64,000 nucleotides of DNA from assembly GCA_013265495.1 (NCBI GenBank), contig MU058636.1, forward strand, positions 9,812,176 through 9,876,175. The letters are read 5' to 3'. Below the pieces are notes generated by a model. That model searched no databases and was not told the origin of the DNA. It saw only the letters and a list, made by a program, of their open reading frames with translations. The stretch is from Vicugna vicugna. Its lineage: Eukaryota. A program made the translations under genes and the position numbers. Of this stretch, positions 19,490 to 32,599 are shown in pieces; the stretch's first letter is position 1; each line of letters opens with the position of its first letter.

Positions 19490-21152
19490 TAAAGGTTCAC
19501 AGTCATTTTGAACTTACCTGCCTACAGTAAAACATCCAATTTCCCCTGAAGCCCTGATAAATAATTGCTGGGTCTTCTGGGAACATCTTATCCATATTTA
19601 CAAAACATCTTTTCAAAAGCTCTCCTCTATGCCCTCCATGCTGGTGTGTGTCTGCTACCCAGTCGGTCACCCAAGGAGGACAACTCCACCATCCTTGATG
19701 AAGATGTTGATTCTTTGCCCAAAGCCCTGCATCCTGGGACTCCTCCCTCAAGATGCCAGCACTTGTCATGTGTTTCGGAGGAAAACAAGACAATAATTCG
19801 GTTGAAATGATAACACGATCCAAGTGAAATATCCCCAGTTGATATTTATGTTCCTTGAGAATTTGTTCTACTTTTATAATTTTTAATTTCAAAATTATTT
19901 CAGCCAAATATTCCTGCCTGGACTGTTTGTAATATTGCAGAGTTGGAAACAACCTTTAGATTGCTGCCACATTTTCACTAGTATGAGCTCCACAGAGAAC
20001 AATAATTTCATTGGCAGAAAATGTAGTGGAAGGAAGAAAATCAGGGAAGACAGAAATGTATTCATCTACTAATAAATTCTTTTCAAAAAAAGCAAAAATA
20101 ATTGATGTTTGTGTAAATAGGCATAAAACTGGCTGAAGATGAACCCTAATTATCAACACAGGAAAAATACAGCATTTGAGAAATAGTCATTTTTTTCAAA
20201 AAAGTTACCCAAATACTCATCCTAAGACAAGTTGTTGATTTTCATCACTGCCATTTTGTTTTGAATTTAGTTGCTTATGATCAAATTATTTTTAGCCAAA
20301 TTACCTGAGGGAAACATCCTTTTCCCCAGGTCTGAGTCACTTCTGTCACTCAGGCTCTAAAGGTACAGTCCTTGGGTCGTGGTCATTTTCAAAGCCTTTC
20401 ACGGAAATTGGTCCTTACTTCAGTCTGCAGCCCCACCCACCAGGAGGCATCAACCAATCACTGCAGCCTATTGGATGCTCTCTCCTCTTCCCTCTGGGAG
20501 CTTTTCTCAACTGCCCTCCCTCTTCCCTCAAGACAACTCAGAGGACCTAAAAGTTTGATAGATTTGCACTGGGTCAGCACTGAAAACCTCTAGGTTGAAT
20601 AGCATTTTGTAATTTTTTTTAAAACCCTCAATTTAAAATGCATATTACAAAATAACATTTTATGATAGAAAAAAAACCACATTCACATCTATTATTAGTT
20701 GTTTAATTCTGCCAACACACCTGTAAGGTAGTCAGAGAATTCATGTGACCATTTTACCAATGAGAAAAACAAGGTTTTGGCCAGGAAGGAAACTCCAGTA
20801 TAATTTAAAAGTCCAATTCCCTCATTTCCCATGGTGCATACAGCATTCCAGACAATTTCATACTTTTTGTTTTTAAACAGAGACATCCCACCTCCTCACT
20901 CCCACCCAACCAGCTCTTCCAGGGAAACACAACACGTACATAGGTATAGATACACTTTATAAATGTGAATCTATTGGTATGAGTTGAGATGGATTAGTAG
21001 TTCAACCAGTGGAAACAATGAGGTTAGCCCACTGAACATCAAAAGTTGAAATTTGAAGTGGGAGATGACAATAGCTCTCTTACCCTTAGCATCGAGTCAT
21101 TTCTCAATTTTGTTTTGGTTTCACAATGTTTGGAATATAATGGTCCACCAGG

Positions 21153-21700
21153 TGTGGTAAGCTGATTCCTGCGATGGTCCCCAATGGTCTTCGCTTCCCA
21201 GTGTCTATGTCTTTATGCAATTTCCTCCTTTGCATTTAGCCTGGACCGAGTGGCTAGCTTTGAATGACTAGAAAATAGCAAAGGTGAGTGGACGTCACTT
21301 CTGATATAAGGTTATAAAAAGACTCTGGCTTCCATCTTGCTAGCATTCACTTTCTCTGGCTCTTCTCCCTTGCTTGCCCTGCTAAAGCTAGCCGCCACGT
21401 TATGGACTGCCCAGTGGAGAGACCCACTTGGCAAGGAACTGAGAGCAGCCTGCAGTCAACAGTCTACAAGGAACTGAATCCTGCTAACCACCAGGTGAGT
21501 GAACTTAGAAGCAGATCACCCCCCAGTGGAGCCTTTAGATGGCTACAGCCCTGGCCAACACCTTGGCTGCAGCACGAGAGAGTCTCAGAGAACCAGCTAA
21601 GCTGTGCCAAGATCCAGACCTATAGAAATATGAGACAACCAATGTTAGTTTAAGCCACTAAATTTTGAGATAACTTGTTATACACCCATTAACTAATACA
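21153..21700 (+). mobile_element. MaLR solo LTR (MLT1F-like), complete with 5-bp TSD
   Basis: TGTGGTAAG...AACTAATACA; CCAGG at 21148-21152 and 21701-21705. Confidence 0.9.
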
Positions 21701-22039
21701 CCAGGCAAGCAATTGCAGAAGGTAATGGATTTTTAACAGCTTCCCTTGCAATCTCCAGATTCTTTTGCATTAGGCAGAGAAGGTGGGCACAGGAAGCATT
21801 AGCACATTTTCCCCGTAAATTTAATAAACCCAACTGCAGAAAGTGGTGAATATAACATCCCCAGTGTAGTAGCCTGTGCAATAAAACACATTTGAGTGTT
21901 CTTCTCGGGTTTGTTACAGTGCAAACAGTAAATACAGACTTTTAAAAAGTGAATTCTATATGAAATGTTTATGGAAGTCATGGAAGATGACACACGGAGT
22001 GGAAAGAGACCAGGTCTTAAAAGCAGACTGACTTGTGGA

Positions 22040-22130
22040 GGCTTGGTTTCCTCATCATAAAATTGGAATAACAATCCTAGCTCACAGATCCCAAATGAGA
22101 GAGGCACTCAAGTTCAGTGCCTGGTTACCT
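22040..22130 (+). mobile_element. MIR fragment
   Basis: ggtttcctcatcataaaattggaataacaatcctagctcacag. Confidence 0.65.
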
Positions 22131-22149
22131 GATGCTCTTTAGCTCCCCT

Positions 22150-22300
22150 TGTGGCAGGTGACAAAGCTGAGGCCCAGAGGGATGAAGTGACTTGAGGTAC
22201 CCAAGGAGGATGGGACCTAGGACCCACCTGGAATCCGATATACCCCAAGTTGCCAAGCAATTGAGTGGCAGATTTTAAACTCTGAATTCAGGTCTCTGGC
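22150..22300 (-). mobile_element. MIR fragment
   Basis: gctgaggcccagagggatgaagtgactt...gagtggcag...tgaattcaggtct. Confidence 0.55.
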
Positions 22301-23244
22301 TTCTTCCATATCACACAGTGAGCCCCAACCCATCAACTCTGTGCATCCAGCTCCCAAGAAGAACGCTCCCTGGGACTTCCGTCCAAGCCGATAACTCTAG
22401 CGGAGCTTGTAACGCACTGAGAACAAAGGCTTACAAAGATAGACGGAAGAAGTGTGGCATTCCCTTTAGATAATCCACGTTTAAAATACCATCTTTCTAA
22501 ACACAGTCTTCCCCTCCACCCTCTATCTTTGATTTTGACATTGATAGAGAAGCTTTCAAGAGAGTGGCATAGCTCAATTAGATGAAGCTACTAATCTGAA
22601 AGAATAATACATGATGTGTGGTACGCACACGTGGCGAAGGTAACAGCAAATGTCTTCTACCGTTTTTCTCCCTGAAACATTTTCTCTTGTCTTTTCCTCC
22701 ATTTATTTATTGTTAAGGACTATAGAGACCTTCAGGGCACCGACCCAATCTTTCATCCTCCATTTGGCGTGTAGCTAACATCCTCTCAGGCATTAAAAGG
22801 AAAATCTTTGAGCTAACAAGTAACTGGCTGCAGATCCTCCTATAACAAAAGCATCTGGGTAAATATATTTCAAATAAAAGCCATTTATGAATACATAAAT
22901 GGATGATAAAAATGAAAATACAAAACTGCATAATCTCTCGCTCACTTTTTCTCCCTTCATTTCACTTCGCACATCCACGTCACTGATGTGGGATACTTCT
23001 TGACAGCACTGCAAATCAAAGGGATTGGACTGAGAGCAAAAAAAGTATTTGCCCAAACTTTATAAGTCTTTATACTCATTAGAGTTTACATCATGTAGTG
23101 GAAAATCCAGTGCCAAGGAGTGGGAAGACCTGGTTTCCGGTTTGGGCTCTGGCAGTAATTAACCAGCTGGGTCATAAGCAGCATGTGGTTTTTGCAAGGC
23201 TCTCTCGTCTCTACCGGATCCAGGGCAAACTCTAAAACTGCTCC

Positions 23245-23995
23245 GCCTCCCCACGGTCATTATCTTGTCTGACTCAAGTTCCTCTCTCACCTGCACCATT
23301 GAAATAGCCTCCCAGCTAGTCTGCCGGCTTCACTCTCACCCCCTCCAGCCCATCCCTTCCCACACAGCTGTCAGAATGTACTTGCAGAAGTGAATCAAGG
23401 CATGTCACTCTCTTCTGAAGATTCCCCTGCCATCCCACCGCCCACCTTTCCCATCTCATCTGGGGCTGGTCCCCTGTCTGTCCGTGGCTCACCTGACAGT
23501 CCGGTCCTTGGTCAGTCCTTAGGCCACGCTCTTTCTTATTCCAGAGCATTTGCTTTTCTTCTTACCTCTGTCTAGAAGACACTTTGCCCAGCTCTTCTCC
23601 CAAGTCACCCAAAGCTGGTATGTAATAAATATTTGTTGAAGTAAATGAATAAACGAACCCAAATCCTAATTTGCTCCTTGTCATTCTTCAGTGTAAATAT
23701 CGGGTCCCAAGAGAAGCTTCTCCTAATCATTCGAGATCAAGAAACAACTTCTTCTCAGTGTTCTCACATGTCCATCTTGATTTTCTTTTTAGCACTTACC
23801 ACAATCGTGACTGTTTCTTCTTTTATTGCCGTTCGCCTGCTGTGTACCTTTTCCATCAGAATTTAAGCTCCCTGAGGGCAGGGACCACTTCTGTCTTTTC
23901 AGTATTGTATTCTCTGCGCTCAGCCTGGCACGACGCCCAGCACAAACTTGGTCTGTAATAAACATGTGGTGAATCAAATGAATAAATGAATGACG
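23245..23995 (+). mobile_element. L2 fragments including 3' termini
   Basis: aatagcctcccagctagtct...catgtcactc; taataaatatttgttgaa; aagctccctgagggcagggacc...aatgaataaatgaatga. Confidence 0.75.
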
Positions 23996-24161
23996 TCAAC
24001 GTCTACCATATGTATCCCTTACCTGAAGTCCCTCCAAGGCTGTCCACAGCCTATCAGAGAAATACTAGACTCTCTGCATGACCCAGAGCTGTCACCTTAG
24101 TGAGGCTCCTCCTCTCCCCTCTAGCATTAAAAAAATTCCTTGCATTTTCAATTAAGCCATA

Positions 24162-24395
24162 TTTTTTTCTTTTACTGAAGTATAGTCAGTTTACAGTGTT
24201 ACGTCCATTTCGGTGTACAGCACCATGTTTCAGCCATATATATTCTTCTCATTATAGTTAGTACAAGATATTGAATACAGTTACCTGTGCTATGCAGTAG
24301 AAAATTGTTGTTTATCTCTTTTACATATAGTAGTTAATATCTGCAAACCTCAGACTCTCAATTTATCCCTCCCCACCCCGTATCCCCCTGGTAAC
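24162..24395 (-). mobile_element. LINE-1 3' UTR (antisense half of an inverted insertion)
   Basis: Poly(T) then actgaagtatagtcagtttacagtgt...ccctccccaccccgtatccccctggtaac. Confidence 0.88.
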
Positions 24396-24499
24396 AGAAA
24401 ATCAATAAGGCAATGAAGATACTGAAGGACACAATAGCACAGTTAAACTTGATGGATATTTTCCAGATATTACACCCCCAAAAAACAGAATCCACATTC
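24395..24499 (+). mobile_element. LINE-1 ORF2 endonuclease-domain fragment
   Basis: Translates QKINKAMKILKDTIAQLNLMDIFQILHPQKTESTF, resembling the L1 EN segment QKxNKxxxxLNxxxxQxDLIDIYRTLHPxxxEYTF. Confidence 0.88.
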
Positions 24500-24539
24500 T
24501 GAGCTTCCGTCTTTTGCACACAAAGTGTTTGCCAGGAAT

Positions 24540-24840
24540 GGCAGTCATGACCTCTCCTGCACATAATCCTCTTGGCTGACTTCTGTTTGCTCTTCAAAAT
24601 TCAGTTTGAGTGCCCCTTCCTCTGGGAAGCCCTCTTTGATTACTTTCTCCTCCCTGTCTCTCCTTCCCGGCACCTCTTGATCACCCACGCTTCCTTCTGT
24701 TGTAGCACATGTCACACTCGAGTGGGATGTTTTCCTGACTGGGGGGTTTGTTTCTCAAGGGCCAGGATTGTCTCTTCTTACTCTTGTCTCTTTGTTGCCC
24801 ATGACATAGTAAGTACTCAATAAAAGCTTATGAATAAACA
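24540..24840 (+). mobile_element. L2 3' region
   Basis: ccttcctctgggaagccctc...caagggccaggattgtctc...acatagtaagtactcaataaa. Confidence 0.65.
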
Positions 24841-25634
24841 TTAGTGGGTGGCTGACTCACCCCTTCTGCCTGGCATAAGGGTATAAGAGGTACCATTACT
24901 ACAGGGTACAGTCATGCTCAGCTAAGTCAAGTGTCCCTGAGTGCTAAGCAAAAACATCCTGACACCGTGGCTTAAATTCATATTTCAAGCTGCCAAAGCT
25001 CCTGACTTCGCAAACCCGTATCACTCGAGGTCATCCTCTCCAGGAAGGCTGCAGATAGCCAGGGCTATAAGGCTGTCTTGGTTTTGTCCTTGCAGTGCAA
25101 ATGTAAGCCCCAACTGGCACACAGAGTTGTCTGCTTTTGATCGTGGCACTGGCCACTTAGATGGCATAAGGGCATGACATGGTCAAGTCGAAGTCTGAGT
25201 GTCATATGAGTCCTGGGACTTTAAAAGCCTTCAGGCAAATGAAGAGATGAAGGGTCCTCCGTGCCTTGTTTGGCAAAGGTGGCTAGTGGCCAGCTCGTAC
25301 CTGAGTCCCCCGGGGCTCAGCCGTCGCTGGGGGCCTGAGCATGTGTACCTCGAGTCCAGCCAGAGTGAACTCGGTTGGAGTCTCTTTCTTTCTTTGTCTA
25401 ATTCTTGGTATTCCCTTTCTTTCTCCCACCTTGTAAAGTGAGGGAAGACTCAAGGTGATCTGAGGTAGAGCCAAGTTTACCCTAGGAAAAATATTCAAAA
25501 TAATAAAAATAGCACCTTGTATTTGTCTACCCGTCTAATGTCCTCTAATGGTAGGATGTCATCATTCACGGAAATCAGCCGTCAGCATGATGGAAAATTT
25601 GAAACTATTTGGAAGTGAAAACCTTCTTGTAAAG

Positions 25635-25815
25635 CAATGTTTCTCAAAATCTATCCAACAACCACCTGGGATTTTGTCTGTTTGTTTGAAATGCAAGTGC
25701 CCAGACCCCTGAGGGGCAGACAGGCGGAGCCCCCACTGGGTGCAGCCTAGGAATCTGTACCTTTCACGAGCGTCCAGGGTGAGGCTTCAGCACACTTGAG
25801 TTCGAGAAGCCACCG
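25635..25815. mobile_element. MER5A-like hAT-Charlie element
   Basis: caatgtttctcaaa...aaatgca...cccagaccc...cctaggaatctgta...gagttcgagaagccac. Confidence 0.7.
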
Positions 25816-27219
25816 GGAAGGCGTGTGACTTTGTCATTCAAGGCCAGCAAGGCTGTGCAGGTAACATCAGGACGTGCGCCCCTGGGAACATGTAACCAGA
25901 GGATTTGGGCAGAATTGAACAGGTAGGTCATTTTAGAGGAAAAGAATGAAAGAAACCAGATTCTGGATTGAAAGAGTTGACATTTATATGGTAGAAATGA
26001 GGCTCTGACTACAAAGGGTGGCCTGTTTTTCCCAGTGTAGGGACCGGGTGTGGGGACCCAGTTACCATCATCAAAGGGCTGTTCCATGCGTCACCAAATA
26101 AAACGTTGCTCCGGGACCACAATCGCCTATTATTAGAAATGTAATAGTCATATCTTATTTTAAAACCTGTTTTTAATCTATTGCCACCTGTAAAGCTAGA
26201 CTAAACAGATCAAATGTTAAGGCTAGCTAAAAATACTCGGAGCAGAAACATAATTAAGGCTCTAATTGGATTATCATTTAGGAGGGTATGGTAGACAAGC
26301 TTGAAGAGATAAGCCTCTATCAACGGCATTAAGTTCTCAGTGTTTATTAGATTGATGGGACAAAGCCGTGTGTTTTTTGGACACCACAGAAGTTATGTTG
26401 AACAGGTTTCAAAGCCCGAATAAAGATTGCAATTTATTTTCGTTTAAAGAAATAGTCTAAGTGTAGTGATTTCAAAAGACTAAACAATGGGTTGTTTGGA
26501 GGTTTTGGGCTCATGAGAAAACTTAGCTCTAGGTCTTATGCCTCTGGATTTTCAGATACTGCTGGGGGAGAAAACCCAGAGCAATTTTGATTCCGTTTTT
26601 CAAGGTTATCACATTTGTGCCACGTGCTATTGGGACAGTGTGAAATCTCTGCATTTGATTACATATCATCGAAGCTACACTGTGCAGAAGACAAAGAGAA
26701 AATATTTTCAGATAGAGTCAACACTTCATTATTTTTGTTCTAACAAGGACACATAGTAGTGTTTTGTGTTTTTTTTTTTTTAGATATGCTCTTTGGTATT
26801 TATATATTAAATGATCATAGTAAAGCAGTCATGAAAAAAATGCACTCAAAATTAACAATTCAAAATAATGGAAATACTGGAGTTTCAGTGTAGAAACTCA
26901 TCTTAAAATGAGAAGAGAAATGTTGGAGCCTCTCTCTCTGGTTTCCTTATGCTAATATTTCACTCTGGAAATGAAGTCTTAGGCAGATGAAAACAGCTAG
27001 CTTAAGGAGAATGCTATTTTCTGTCTCCTTACATCACTTGCCTGACTCACAGTTTCCTTGAGATTGGAAAAGGTTATTCGATATTTTAGCTGAAAAGATG
27101 GGAGGCATTTAAAGGAGGCTCAGCTCCAATAGTCGGCAAGTCCAACTGGTGAGCTTGTTGGCCACGGTGGCGTCTGTGCTTTTGTGCCAGGAATGTGTTC
27201 GCTCTGGAACTGGTGAGTC

Positions 27220-28020
27220 TACCAAGCTTCTTATCTCAAAAATCTGTCTCAGATACCTCATGCCTTCCTCACCCACAAACCAGCTCGTTTCTCATAAACT
27301 CATAAAGGTCACTACTGTTCTTCCAACAGAACCTTGAGTGGTATCTCAAGAGCCAAGACTATTCTTCCCCATCATCCCCATATATAATCCCCCCTAAATA
27401 GATTTACCACTTTTTTTCCCCTCCAAATACATCTCAAATTCTTCTCCTCTCTGTCTTCAGTGACATCATCACATCTTGTCTGACTAGAGCAATAGCCTAC
27501 GTAGGTACCTTGATACCTACTCTTCCCATTCTCCGATACATTTCACACATAGCAGCCAGAGTGATCATAACTGTAAGTCATATCACTCCCCTGCTCAAAG
27601 CCTTTAGTGGCTTCCCATTGTATTTAGAATGAAACTCTAAATCCTTAACAGTGCCTACGAAATTCAGCATTCCCTGGACAGCGCCCATGTGTCCAGCAGG
27701 GCTGCCTGCCACTCTCCCTTGCCTCATGCCCTCTAGAATTCTTTCTTCTGCTTAAGAGGTCACGATCTTTTCTCCCTCGCTGTTTCCTAGCCGAGTGGTC
27801 CATCCCCTCCCCCAACACAACTTTCGGCTCCAACATCATTTCCCCAGAGAGGACGTCTCTGATTCCCTCTCCCATCTAATTTGAATCCCCTCTCTACTTA
27901 CGTGATGAATTTAATCTCCACCACTCCATGGGTCCACAAGGGTAGGGACCATGTATATTTTGCTCACCACCATATTCCCAACCTTGCATAGTTCAGGAAA
28001 ATGTTGTAGAATAAAGGAAT
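27220..28020 (+). mobile_element. L2 3' region
   Basis: agcagccagagtgatc...tcactcccctgctcaaagcctttagtggcttcccattg...agggtagggaccatgt. Confidence 0.8.
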
Positions 28021-28369
28021 AATTGAGAGAACAATTTCCTTTGGTATCTTAACGTAAAAACTTAAAATGCCCAGAGAAATAGCAGCAAGTGGATTTCCAG
28101 TTATTCTAGCTCTGGCTCCAGTTTTCCATAGAAGGACTGCAGCACAGCAGGCGTCACGCCAGGGCCCGAAGTTCTTCCCCCCGCCAACCGCATCGGCACG
28201 AGCTCCCAGGACCAATGACACTTCTTTTCCCTGGGAAACGCTAACGTTTGTTTTTTAACCAGTGCCAGAACAGATATTTTCTCCTGGTGAACGGCATTTT
28301 CATTAGCCAAGTTGTTTCCACATCCTTTGAAGTATTCCATCAGACTCTTCAAAAAGAACAAGGCCCCTT

Positions 28370-29575
28370 GAGAGAAGCAAGCACCTTGACATCGGTCTGG
28401 GCAACGATTTTCTGGATATGACACCAAAAGCACAATCGACAAGAGCAAAAATCAACAAGCGGGACTGCATCGAACTACACAGCGCTGGGCAACAAAAGAA
28501 ACAACCAGCAAAATGAAAAGGCAGCCTGCAGAATGGGAGAAAATATTTGCACATCATATATCTGATAAAGGATTAATGTCCAAAATATATGAAGAACTCA
28601 TGCCACTCAATGAAAATACAGACTATCCAATTAAACAGTGGGCAGAGAAACTGAATCGTCGAAGAAAGTATCCAAATGGCCAACAGGCAGATGAAAAGAT
28701 GTTTGATGTCACTAATCATCAGGGAAATGCAAATTGAAACCACAGTGAGACATGACCTCACACCTGTTACAAAGGTTATCATCAAGGAGGCAAGTGATAA
28801 CAAATATTGGCAAGAGTGTGGAGAAAAGGGAGCCCTTGTGCATCGTTGGTAGGGATGTAAACTGGTGCAACCACTGTGGAAAACAGCATGGAGATTCCTC
28901 ACAAAATTACAGGTAGAACTACCATATGATCCAGCAATCCCACTTCTGGGTATATATCCAAAGGCAATGAAAATAGGAATACTGAAAAGATATCCGCACC
29001 CCCGTGTTTACTGCAGCATTATTCACAATAACCGAGGTATAGAAACAACCTAAGTGTCTGTGTCTGCCAATGATGAATGGAGAAAGAAGATAGACACATA
29101 TATACAGTGGAATATTATTCAGCCATGAGAAAGAAGAAAATCTTGCCATTTGTGACAACATGGAGGGCGTTATGCTAATGAGATAAGTCAGACAGAGAAA
29201 GACAAATAGAGAACAATTGCACTTATATGTGGAATTTTAAAAAGTGAAAGTCATAGAAACAGAGAGTTGGGGGAGAATTAGAGAGGTGCTTGCCAAAGGA
29301 TATAAACTTGCACTTAGAAGATGAGTACACCCTGGAGATGTAATGCACCACGTTGTTATTACAGACAACAATACTGTATTATACACTTCAAAGTTGCTAA
29401 GAGACTAGAATGTAAATGTTCCCATCACAAAATGAAATGATAATTACGTGATGTGATGTAGGTGTAAGCTAAGTCTATGGTGGTAATCATACGGCAAATA
29501 TATAAATATGTCAAGTCAACATGTGGAAGCCTTAAATTTACCTAACATTATATGTCAATTATGTCTTTAAAAAAG
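28370..29575 (+). mobile_element. LINE-1 (L1MA9-like) ORF2 C-terminus and 3' UTR, frameshifted
   Basis: ORF-track peptides [21 protein letters not shown] and VELPYDPAIPLLGIYPK are L1 ORF2; the 3' UTR ends ...aacattatatgtcaatt...aaaaaa. Confidence 0.92.
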
Positions 29576-30033
29576 TCAGACAAAAAGAACAGGGAAACTG
29601 AAGGACAGATGTTGAAGAGCTGCTGTTATTCAGCCGGGAATTATCCACCAGCCACCTGGGTAGTCTTGTCAGGTTCCCTGTGCTTGGTTAATCCTGGTTT
29701 TTCCACTTGCACTCCATTTCCCCTCTCTACCTTCCCGCCCTTCAAATGGGTGCAAGAGTTAAGAGAGAGTTACTTTTCTGAGCCTTTGAGGATATGGAAC
29801 TTACAGGGGTAGCTGAGGGTATTAACATGAAATATAAGAAGCATTAGGTTAACAGATTGAGCTGAGTCTTCAGGGATAGAGATCTGAACTCACAGACCTT
29901 GTCTGAGAACAACGATACCCAGCCAGACTGTTGGGCTTACATGAAATAATAAGAATGTGATGTTTGCCAGCTAATCATTTGCATTAATTAATTACCCTGA
30001 TACGGGCACTATTCTGATGCAAATGTTCAATAA

Positions 30034-30091
30034 TCTTTCTTCCCTCCCTCCCTCCCTCCCTTCCTCCTTCCTTCCTTCCTTCCTTCCTTCT
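30034..30091. repeat. (CCCT)n(CCTT)n polypyrimidine simple repeat
   Basis: Uninterrupted pyrimidine tract of about 58 nt. Confidence 0.95.
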
Positions 30092-32059
30092 AAATTAACA
30101 TTTTCAGAAAGTGTTTGAGAGAACACATTCAATCAGATAAGAGTGTCAAGAATTCTGTCAAATAAAAGACTTGGGAGATCTTAAGCCAGACTCTGAAAAT
30201 GGATGTCCTTTGTGCCAAAAGATCCTCGGTAAACTTGCTTGGTGTTGGTTCAGTTTCTAAACTGAGTTAGCACAACTGAAAAAATTTGAGATGAATTATG
30301 AGAATTTTTTTTTTTACCCTTGTCTTAGTTTAGTTTCTTAAACAGGAACTAAATTATTTAAACCAAAGGTGGGTTGCCGAAGTCATTTGGCCCAAACAGT
30401 GACTCTGAAATTGAAACTACAAATTTGAGTGCCATGAATACACAGTCATATTCATTGTATCTCTGAATGGTGAAGAAGTTACCTGAACAAGGGTGATTAT
30501 CTGCTAACCCTTAGATAATTTACCAATGACAAGAGGTTAGAGGAATCTCATTCAGGCAGCCAATGGGCATGTACTGCCTTCATGGTATTAAATAGGGCTT
30601 TATGAGTGTTTCCGTCCCAAAGACACTTCGGTTAATTCCTTACAATGTGGTATTCTAATCACAAAAGGACTTTCTATTGAAACCACGTAGTTCTTTCTGT
30701 ATTCAGGCTCATACACTCATCATTTTCATGGCAAAGACAAAGACAGCAATAACCAATGAGACATAAAGAACTGAAAACAATGGGTCTCTTGAGGTTTTTG
30801 AATACATTAACAAGAATGGTACTGTGCATGTGTGGTCGCTATTATGATTATAGGTAAGCTAATACCTTAACAACTTAGTTCCTTTTTTGTTTTTTCCAGA
30901 TTATTTCAGAGTTTGTTACATTTATAAATATATCAACTGATGTGGTCATAAATGATGGAAACAAAATATTCTCTTCATAATCTATTCTGTAACTTTGAGC
31001 AGCAACGTGGTGGGAAAAAAAAACAAAACTGAACAATGGAAAAGAGAAGCCGAATCCTGGCTGAATTCAGTGCCAGTTGCTTTACGGCTGTGATCTCTTC
31101 CCTGTGAAGAGTGTGCAAAAGCGGGAATTCCACAGATTAAATAACAGTGTAACTGCCCATTCTAATGCATTTAGTAGCTGAATATGAAAAGGGAGTGAGC
31201 GGAGGTAGAGTAACCATCCACTTCAATCCACGTCAACGATCTACTCTCCAGCAGAGACAGGCCTATAATTTCAATTTCACAAAACACTGCTGGAATTCTG
31301 GGGCCCAGGACCCCTTCTCTGAGACCGAGTTTAGTGCATCTTTATTAAACTCCTCTCTCAGTTTCCCCTTTAATCACTGTTAGGATGAGCAGCAAGTCGT
31401 TTTCGCCCAGATTCCTTTTTTGAAGCCTCAGTTCTCACTTTAGCAAACTTGTATCCCAAGTTGAGGGTCCGCGCCTCTGAAAGGCCCCCCACCTACACAG
31501 TCTTGTGGAACCGCCCCAGAGGAGGCTGGTGCCCGCAACTGACAAGACGCAAGTGGGGAGGATTGGCAACTACATCAAAAAGGATACAAAACAGTCTCCG
31601 CCCACCAGTCAGAATGGGAAACAATGGAGGGAAGGAAGATCATACAGTTGAACAGGAGCCATTTTGAGCATCTCTAATCAATTCAGGGACACCTCATCTC
31701 CACCTCCCCGCCCCGCCCCCTCCATCATCTGTCTGCATTTGTGTAGCTCTGAGAGCAGCATTAAGAAGACTTTGACAAGGGTGTCACTTTAATCTGAATG
31801 TCTCAAAAGTGATTGGGAAGGAAAAAAGTTCTTTTGCCTTCAACTCCAAAATAAAATGATCTGAGGAGGAAAAAAAAAAGTTTCCCCAAGAGATCTACCT
31901 CTGCTGTCAAGTTTTATAGGACTGCCCTGATGGTGGGGAACATTTGGGGGTAGAAGGGAGGGTGTGACATTTGTCATCAGTCCTTAAGGAAAGGATTAGT
32001 CAGGCTGGCCCCTCAGAGGCTGGTTTCTCCCCACTTGGAAGGACATTAAGGAGAAAGAA

Positions 32060-32260
32060 CTTAGAATCTGTAGTCAGAAGTCTGAAGTCAGGCTCTGTGC
32101 CGTGTTATCCATGCGACCTTGCACGTCTCTTTACCATCTTGGAGCCTGTTTTTCTTATTTGTAAAGAAGAGATCATGCCTGAGTCAGGGTAATGTGAATA
32201 TTGAATGAGGTGATGTATGTGACAATGCTTCCTACAGAACTTGACTTACGTGGGTGAATA
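32060..32260 (+). mobile_element. MIR
   Basis: gcgaccttgcacgtctctttacc...gagcctgtttttcttatttgtaaa...attgaatgaggtgatgtatgtga. Confidence 0.7.
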
Positions 32261-32599
32261 ACGATGTTTGAAATGAATGAAGACACAGAGTGTAAAGTCC
32301 GCAATAATGAAGACTTAACTTTGTGCTATGCTAGGGTGAAAGGTGTTTCCTAGAAGGGGTAATGTGCCTTGAGCCATTCACCCCATATGGAGCCCAAATG
32401 TACATGTACGTTTCTTAAGCCAGCTCAGCCTTGATCATGATGGGGAGGGAAGCCTTGGAATCAGGACCATCACGCACGCTCCCTCTAGGTGTGCCTCCCG
32501 CTCTGAGGTCTCCCACTCCAGGAGCAGTGACCTCCCACAGGATTTGCTTGCAGATGACCATCCTCAATCATCAGTATTTTTGAAACCAGGCCGACCTGT

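Noticed and set aside
28513..29053. ORFs 28513-28737 and 28865-29053 as a gene
   Set aside because: They are frameshifted pieces of L1 ORF2 in a truncated element.
28350..29594. CAAAAAGAACA.GG as the TSD of the L1MA9-like element
   Set aside because: It is A-rich and not flush with the element ends, so it could be chance.
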